The notes under the pieces were generated by a model, which searched no databases, was not told the DNA's origin, and saw nothing but the letters and a program-made list of their open reading frames with translations. A DNA stretch of 64,000 bases, taken from contig CALKUP010000006.1 of assembly GCA_937996685.1 (NCBI GenBank), forward strand, positions 1 to 64,000, read 5' to 3'. The stretch is from an uncultured bacterium (GTDB lineage: Bacteria; Patescibacteriota; Patescibacteriia; UBA9570; XYC2-FULL-38-9). Below are positions 59,493 to 64,000 of the stretch, piece after piece; the first letter of the stretch is position 1; the number at the start of each line of letters is the position of its first letter. A program made the translations under genes and the position numbers.

Positions 59493-59534
59493 TTCGATAC
59501 AATATACGTTTTTTCGACTTGTCTGTGCTGGATG

Positions 59535-59563
59535 AACATACAATATTTTAAGCGATTAGTCAA
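59535..59563 (-). promoter_or_regulatory. Putative rnpB promoter
   Basis: TTGACT-17 nt-TATGTT on the minus strand upstream of P1. Confidence 0.4.
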
Positions 59564-59591
59564 TATTTTTTGTTGTGATATACTACAGGAT

Positions 59592-60905
59592 ATGTCAGAA
59601 CGATATACAACCAGACCGCGGTACACAAATGCTGTAGAAACACCCATTCAGTCTATAGCTGTCGACAACCGAACCCAGCACAGCGCTGAACCAACAATGG
59701 ATTTTGACAGCGACACCGAAGCGTCAACGTCTTTTGTTGCAAAGCCTGATGCGCCTCAAGCATCACAAGGTCGTGTGTCATCACAAGACGCACTCGCACA
59801 CCCCGGCGCAGAACAAGAACACACAGCTGTGGAGCACTCAAACAATCGCAATCCTGAACTCAATGCCCAGCGCGCAACACTCTATGCGCTTGTGGATGAA
59901 ATGAAAACTGATCATTCATGGGAAAATGCGTTTATCTACAACAGACTGATTCATCGCATGGGCCATCCGAAAGTCACTATCAGGGACAAGAAACCGTATC
60001 GCATTGATAAATTTCTCGGCCGAGGAGGCTTCAGCAGGACGCTTACTGTCTCTCAAGAAACTGGGCGCATGGATCGCGCACAATTTGTGATGAAAGTATC
60101 AAAACCGTTTTCGCTTGCCGCAATGAACGGAAGCGATCGACAGGCAGCATCGCATGCAAAAAATGCTTTACTTGAAATTGAAGCACTCCGACGCCTGTCA
60201 ACACTCGGCACGGAGAACCCAGCACCTGCTCTCGAAGCTGCCCAGCTCATTCCAGATCCTGACAACATGGATTCACGCATTGCAACAATTGTGATGGAAA
60301 AAATTCATGGCGAAACACTGCATGATTTTTTAGCAGAATCACTCTCATTAGATACTGGTATTGCGATTATTCAAAAAATGATTCACGCAATTTCTGTCAT
60401 TCACGAAGCTGGCATTATTCATGGCGACTTAAAAATGGAAAACATCATGGTGTATGACGAAAACCCTGCAAACACACCAAACGCAGAGGCCATTGATACT
60501 CCTCATTATCAAGTAAAAATTATTGACTTTGGCGGCTGCACCATCACAGATGAGCCGGATAGCCGTAAAGCCCAACAACGACTCTTGCACAACATTCCGC
60601 TACCAACATATCGCAAACGCGAGTTGTATCAATATACTCGTGACTTTGGACTGCCAAGGAAAACAGACGTCGCCGCACTCCGCGATGAATATAGTCTTGG
60701 TCATGTCATTCATACATATTTCACAGGTCTCTGGCGCAGAATTGCTATTGGGGAATATCCAAACACCATTTCACAACAAGTCGATACAATCGTGCATGGA
60801 TTAACCAGCACGGATGAAGCAACGCACATCACAATACTTGAAGCCGAACAAAAAATGGCAGCGGTGCATGCAGCAATTCTTAAATATCAAAACAAGGCGG
60901 ATTAA
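59592..60905 (+). CDS. Soluble Hanks-type Ser/Thr protein kinase with a low-complexity N-terminus
   Basis: LGRGGFS, VMK, E (helix C), HGDLKMEN, IIDFG, DEYSLG; TGnTATACT 7 nt before ATG 59592. Confidence 0.85.
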   Translation: MSERYTTRPRYTNAVETPIQSIAVDNRTQHSAEPTMDFDSDTEASTSFVAKPDAPQASQGRVSSQDALAHPGAEQEHTAVEHSNNRNPELNAQRATLYALVDEMKTDHSWENAFIYNRLIHRMGHPKVTIRDKKPYRIDKFLGRGGFSRTLTVSQETGRMDRAQFVMKVSKPFSLAAMNGSDRQAASHAKNALLEIEALRRLSTLGTENPAPALEAAQLIPDPDNMDSRIATIVMEKIHGETLHDFLAESLSLDTGIAIIQKMIHAISVIHEAGIIHGDLKMENIMVYDENPANTPNAEAIDTPHYQVKIIDFGGCTITDEPDSRKAQQRLLHNIPLPTYRKRELYQYTRDFGLPRKTDVAALRDEYSLGHVIHTYFTGLWRRIAIGEYPNTISQQVDTIVHGLTSTDEATHITILEAEQKMAAVHAAILKYQNKAD

Positions 60906-61969
60906 TATTGCATCTTGTCGATTGTAATCGACGGATCACGCTGAAGCGCTTCAATATCAGACACCACTTCACCACGAAGTAATTTTTGATATCCGGCATA
61001 TCCAATCATTGCAGCGTTATCCGTTGAAAATTGCGGCGCGGGAAAAAATGTTGGAACACCAAGCTCTTTCATTGCAGAACGCAGTCGAGCACGTAATGTT
61101 TTATTCGCACTGACACCACCGCCAAGCAAAAACATTTTTGGTTGATACTCCTTCACCGCTTTAACTGTTTTATACACTAAGACATCAACAATTGCCTCTT
61201 CAACAGACGCACAATAATCTGGGATGATGCTTGCGAATGAATCCCCAAGCTCTGCTTTTAATGTGTTCGTGTTATAGAGACAGGCTGTTTTTAAACCGGA
61301 AAAACTAAAATGGTAATTATCACTATTTTTCATCGGACGTGGGAGCGGGTATTTCATTGGGTCGCCAGTTTCTGCGAATTTCGCGAGCACTTGCGCACCA
61401 GGATATCCGAGGTCTAACATACGCGCGATTTTATCAAACGCCTCGCCTGCCGCATCATCAAGCGTTTGTCCAATAATTGAATATGCGCCGAATTTCTCAG
61501 ACAAAATAAGCTCTGTATGCCCGCCAGACACACACAACGCCATTAATGGAAACGCAACTTCTTCGATGCCTGAATAAGTTTTGCCGGATGAGTTTTTAAG
61601 CAGTGCCGACAGTGCGTGACCTTCCATGTGATCCACTGCAATGAGCGGTAAATGATATTCTTGCGCTAATTGCTTTGCGTGACGGACTCCCACCTCAAGC
61701 GCTGGAGCAAGGCCTGGGCCGTATGTCACTGCAATGACTGTCAGACGATCAGCAGTTTTTAAGCCTGAGCGTTTTAACGCTGTCGCCACACACCCTTCAA
61801 TCATTTTTTCATGCTCACGCCGCGCAAGACTCGGAACAATGCCGCCCCACTCGCGATGCACATCAATTTGAGACGACACAATACTCGACAGCACACAATC
61901 ATTTTTCAAAACCGCGACAGAGGTGTCGTCGCATGATGTATCAATCGCTAAAATATATGAATCTTTCAT
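60902..61969 (-). CDS. tsaD: tRNA t6A37 threonylcarbamoyltransferase TsaD
   Basis: LAIDTSCDDT, GPGL, HMEGH, VSGGHT, DDAAGEAFDK, DNAAMI. Confidence 0.96.
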   Translation of the reverse strand: MKDSYILAIDTSCDDTSVAVLKNDCVLSSIVSSQIDVHREWGGIVPSLARREHEKMIEGCVATALKRSGLKTADRLTVIAVTYGPGLAPALEVGVRHAKQLAQEYHLPLIAVDHMEGHALSALLKNSSGKTYSGIEEVAFPLMALCVSGGHTELILSEKFGAYSIIGQTLDDAAGEAFDKIARMLDLGYPGAQVLAKFAETGDPMKYPLPRPMKNSDNYHFSFSGLKTACLYNTNTLKAELGDSFASIIPDYCASVEEAIVDVLVYKTVKAVKEYQPKMFLLGGGVSANKTLRARLRSAMKELGVPTFFPAPQFSTDNAAMIGYAGYQKLLRGEVVSDIEALQRDPSITIDKMQY

Positions 61970-61974
61970 ATCAC

Positions 61975-63060
61975 CTATTCGTGCGACAGAATTTCATATT
62001 CAAACAATCGCTCGGTTTCTGATGGCGCGGTAATCACAATTTTCACAACCGTCGCATCTCCGAGATATTGATCGATGTGCCCGGTGACTTTGTTCGCCCA
62101 TTCAATCACTGTCACATTTGGTGCGTGAAACATTTTTTCTGGCTCAAGTCCATCAATTTCCGTTGGTTCAAATAATCGATACGCATCAATATGATACAGC
62201 TTCACAGCCTTTTTCCCGATACGCGCTGGATATTCGCGGCAAATAATAAATGTCGGCGACACAACAATGTCTTGCACTTGTAACCGCTCGGCAAGCGCTT
62301 TTGTGAAATGCGTCTTCCCTGCTCCGAGGTCGCCTTGCAACAAAAATACAATCGCCTTTTTTCCAAGACTGGTATTCAGCTTTTCCCACAACTCTGTCAC
62401 AAAACGTGTCGTGTCCGCAAGAGAACTCGCCAAAAACTGTTTTTTATCTTCAAATGACAAGGCGCCTTCTCGAACAATATGCACTGTGTCGAGTGTTGTA
62501 TCAACGACTGTACTTGGTTTTCGTTTTGGAAGTCTGCCAGCGTCAATAATTAAATCGATGAGATCTTTTTGTTTTTTCGAAATACTACTCAACACATCGT
62601 CAATCGTGTACGGCGTTTTTTGATATGATGCATTTGCAGATGTTGCCGTAATTGGTGCGTCATATTGCTTTAATAACTCCAGCACTAACGGATAATCCGG
62701 AATACGCACCCCTTGTGTTCCCATGCTTGACGCCACGTGATCCGCGAGATTTCCATATCCTTTTGAAATAACAGTAATCGGGCCTGGCAAAAAATTATCA
62801 TACATATTTTTCGCTGCATGATTCATTTGAATATAGCGCATGGCCATTTTTTTATCAGCCACAGCGATCGATAACGGTTTGTCTGCTCGCTTGGACTTAT
62901 ACGCCAACAACTTGTCAATCGCCTCTTGATTGGTTGCATCTGCGCCAATCCCGTAACAGGTTTCTGTCGGGTAAATAACTAAGCCGCCAGCAGAAAGAAC
63001 CTCAATGGCTTTTGCGATGACTTCAGCGTGATTTGTTGGTGTGAGTGTAATGCGTTCCAT
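61975..63060 (-). CDS. Fusion of threonylcarbamoyl-AMP synthase (TsaC/YrdC) and TsaE ATPase
   Basis: N-half PTETCYG, KSKRADKPL, PGPIT, TSAN, PSTVVD; C-half GDLGAGKT, SPTF, HIDAYR, IEW. Confidence 0.9.
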   Translation of the reverse strand: MERITLTPTNHAEVIAKAIEVLSAGGLVIYPTETCYGIGADATNQEAIDKLLAYKSKRADKPLSIAVADKKMAMRYIQMNHAAKNMYDNFLPGPITVISKGYGNLADHVASSMGTQGVRIPDYPLVLELLKQYDAPITATSANASYQKTPYTIDDVLSSISKKQKDLIDLIIDAGRLPKRKPSTVVDTTLDTVHIVREGALSFEDKKQFLASSLADTTRFVTELWEKLNTSLGKKAIVFLLQGDLGAGKTHFTKALAERLQVQDIVVSPTFIICREYPARIGKKAVKLYHIDAYRLFEPTEIDGLEPEKMFHAPNVTVIEWANKVTGHIDQYLGDATVVKIVITAPSETERLFEYEILSHE

Positions 63061-63099
63061 GTGTATATTATTTGCTCAAACGCTATCATTATTATAAAC

Positions 63100-63128
63100 A
63101 AAAATCAACCGCGCCTGGGTTGATCTTT
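63100..63128 (-). terminator. Intrinsic terminator after the small basic protein
   Basis: Minus strand ATCAACC-caggcgc-GGTTGAT followed by TTTTGTTT. Confidence 0.65.
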
Positions 63129-63145
63129 GAACTATCATCGTTCTG

Positions 63146-63301
63146 CTATTTCTTCTTTTTTGGACGATTGTTGTTGGTTGGCTTTTTTGCTGCTTTTGCT
63201 TCAAGCATTGCCTTTTTGATCGCCAAGCGTTTCTTTGTTTTCTTTGGTGATTTCATTGCTGCTGTTGCGTTTCCGCCCATTGCACCCCATCGTTTTGCCA
63301 T
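63146..63301 (-). CDS. Small, very basic 51-aa protein
   Basis: MAKRWGAMGGNATAAMKSPKKTKKRLAIKKAMLEAKAAKKPTNNNRPKKKK; fills the intergenic gap and is followed by a terminator. Confidence 0.6.
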   Translation of the reverse strand: MAKRWGAMGGNATAAMKSPKKTKKRLAIKKAMLEAKAAKKPTNNNRPKKKK

Positions 63302-63384
63302 AAAAATACTGTCAATAATTATTATCCATAATAGACTATCACACTCAAGCGAAAGAATCAACCCCTACAAAGAGCAGGCTGCTT

Positions 63385-64000
63385 CTATTTTTGCAGTGAG
63401 AAGTTGCCGTTTTTCGCAAGTTTCCAAGTGCGAGTCACTCGCTGCCCTGATTTTCCATAAGTAACGGTCACTTGTTTTTTAGCTTTATTCACAGACAGAA
63501 CAGGCTTTGAGAGGTCAGTAATTGAAAACTGTTGGGTTTTTTTGGTCGTCAACGCATTTCCGCTCGTTAATCGAAACGCAAAGACGCGGGCGGTTTTTTG
63601 TCTGGCTGTCGCGATAAACACAGAATCATAGCCGGCATACACCTTTTTCACAGCGATGCGATATTGTGCAGATGGCAGGGTTTTTGTTCCAATCGCCTTT
63701 TTTGCTGTGCGCTCGCCGTTCACGAACACGCGAATGTCTTTGCCGTTTGTGACAACGAGACGCTTTTTGTCTGTTGACAGTGCGTAGCGAAAATTCACAG
63801 ATGAGCCATACGGCGTAATTGTATCTGTCGCAGCATCAGCATACACCACGGTGACACGATTGTTGGTTTTTGTGACTGTTGTAATCTTGCCGTGATCTGT
63901 ATTTTCTTCTACTGGAGTAGGCTCTGGATCTCGAGCAACTGCTGCATTCACTGTCACTGTCCGAGTTGCAGTTGTTGTGTTACTTGAATCATCTGTTGCT
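63385..64000 (-). CDS. C-terminal part of a surface/secreted protein (runs off the window)
   Basis: Frame open to the edge; ATDDSSNTTTATRTVTVN resembles the end of an Ig-like (DUF5011/HYR-type) repeat, followed by a basic beta-rich domain. Confidence 0.7.
   Translation of the reverse strand, partial: ATDDSSNTTTATRTVTVNAAVARDPEPTPVEENTDHGKITTVTKTNNRVTVVYADAATDTITPYGSSVNFRYALSTDKKRLVVTNGKDIRVFVNGERTAKKAIGTKTLPSAQYRIAVKKVYAGYDSVFIATARQKTARVFAFRLTSGNALTTKKTQQFSITDLSKPVLSVNKAKKQVTVTYGKSGQRVTRTWKLAKNGNFSLQK

Noticed and set aside
59592-61969. Kinase next to tsaD as a KEOPS-like Bud32-Kae1 pair
   Set aside because: The genes are convergent, the catalytic loop is Hanks-type (HGDLKxxN) rather than Bud32-type, and bacterial TsaC/E are present.
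204-63464. Many 60-180 aa antisense or alternate-frame ORFs in the track
   Set aside because: They are shadows of well-supported genes and carry no motifs or expression signals.
1-64000. Alternative genetic code (UGA = Gly, as in some CPR lineages)
   Set aside because: Conserved genes are full length under code 11, and TGA ends several of them (rodA, mrdA, flippase).
1-64000. CRISPR array, tRNA/rRNA, IS element, prophage, retroelement or defence genes
   Set aside because: I saw no spaced direct repeats, cloverleafs, transposase, integrase, RT or nuclease motifs. Intergenic gaps are short and mostly accounted for.

Overview
Contig start from a small-genome bacterium, very probably Patescibacteria/CPR (inferred from several truncated or degenerate housekeeping proteins; ABY1-like, standard code 11). 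Bases 1-50 are untrimmed Illumina TruSeq adapter, which cuts dnaE short. The rest is dense, mostly housekeeping DNA: rodA, rplY, fmt/def/priA, gltX, serS, lysS, greA, mreBCD-mrdA, rseP, frr, a second mreB, a surface-glycan locus in two parts, the alpha operon with rplM-rpsI, alaS, RNase P RNA, tsaD and a tsaC-tsaE fusion. I found no CRISPR array, tRNA, rRNA, transposase, prophage or defence system. The best leads are: (i) a membrane-anchored, Zn-finger-bearing Clp/Hsp100 ATPase that lacks both aromatic pore loops, coupled to a small membrane partner; (ii) an expanded RNase P RNA with a REP-like palindrome inside P12; (iii) two structured 5' leaders, one before the alpha operon and one before a GC-rich orphan response regulator; (iv) sigma70 promoters that repeatedly imply leaderless mRNAs, two of them overlapping terminators; (v) LysRS-HD and TsaC-TsaE fusions, RpoA without a CTD, an MreB paralogue with an actin-like catalytic Gln, and several apparent pseudo-enzymes. 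All calls come from motif recognition by eye; no searches were run.
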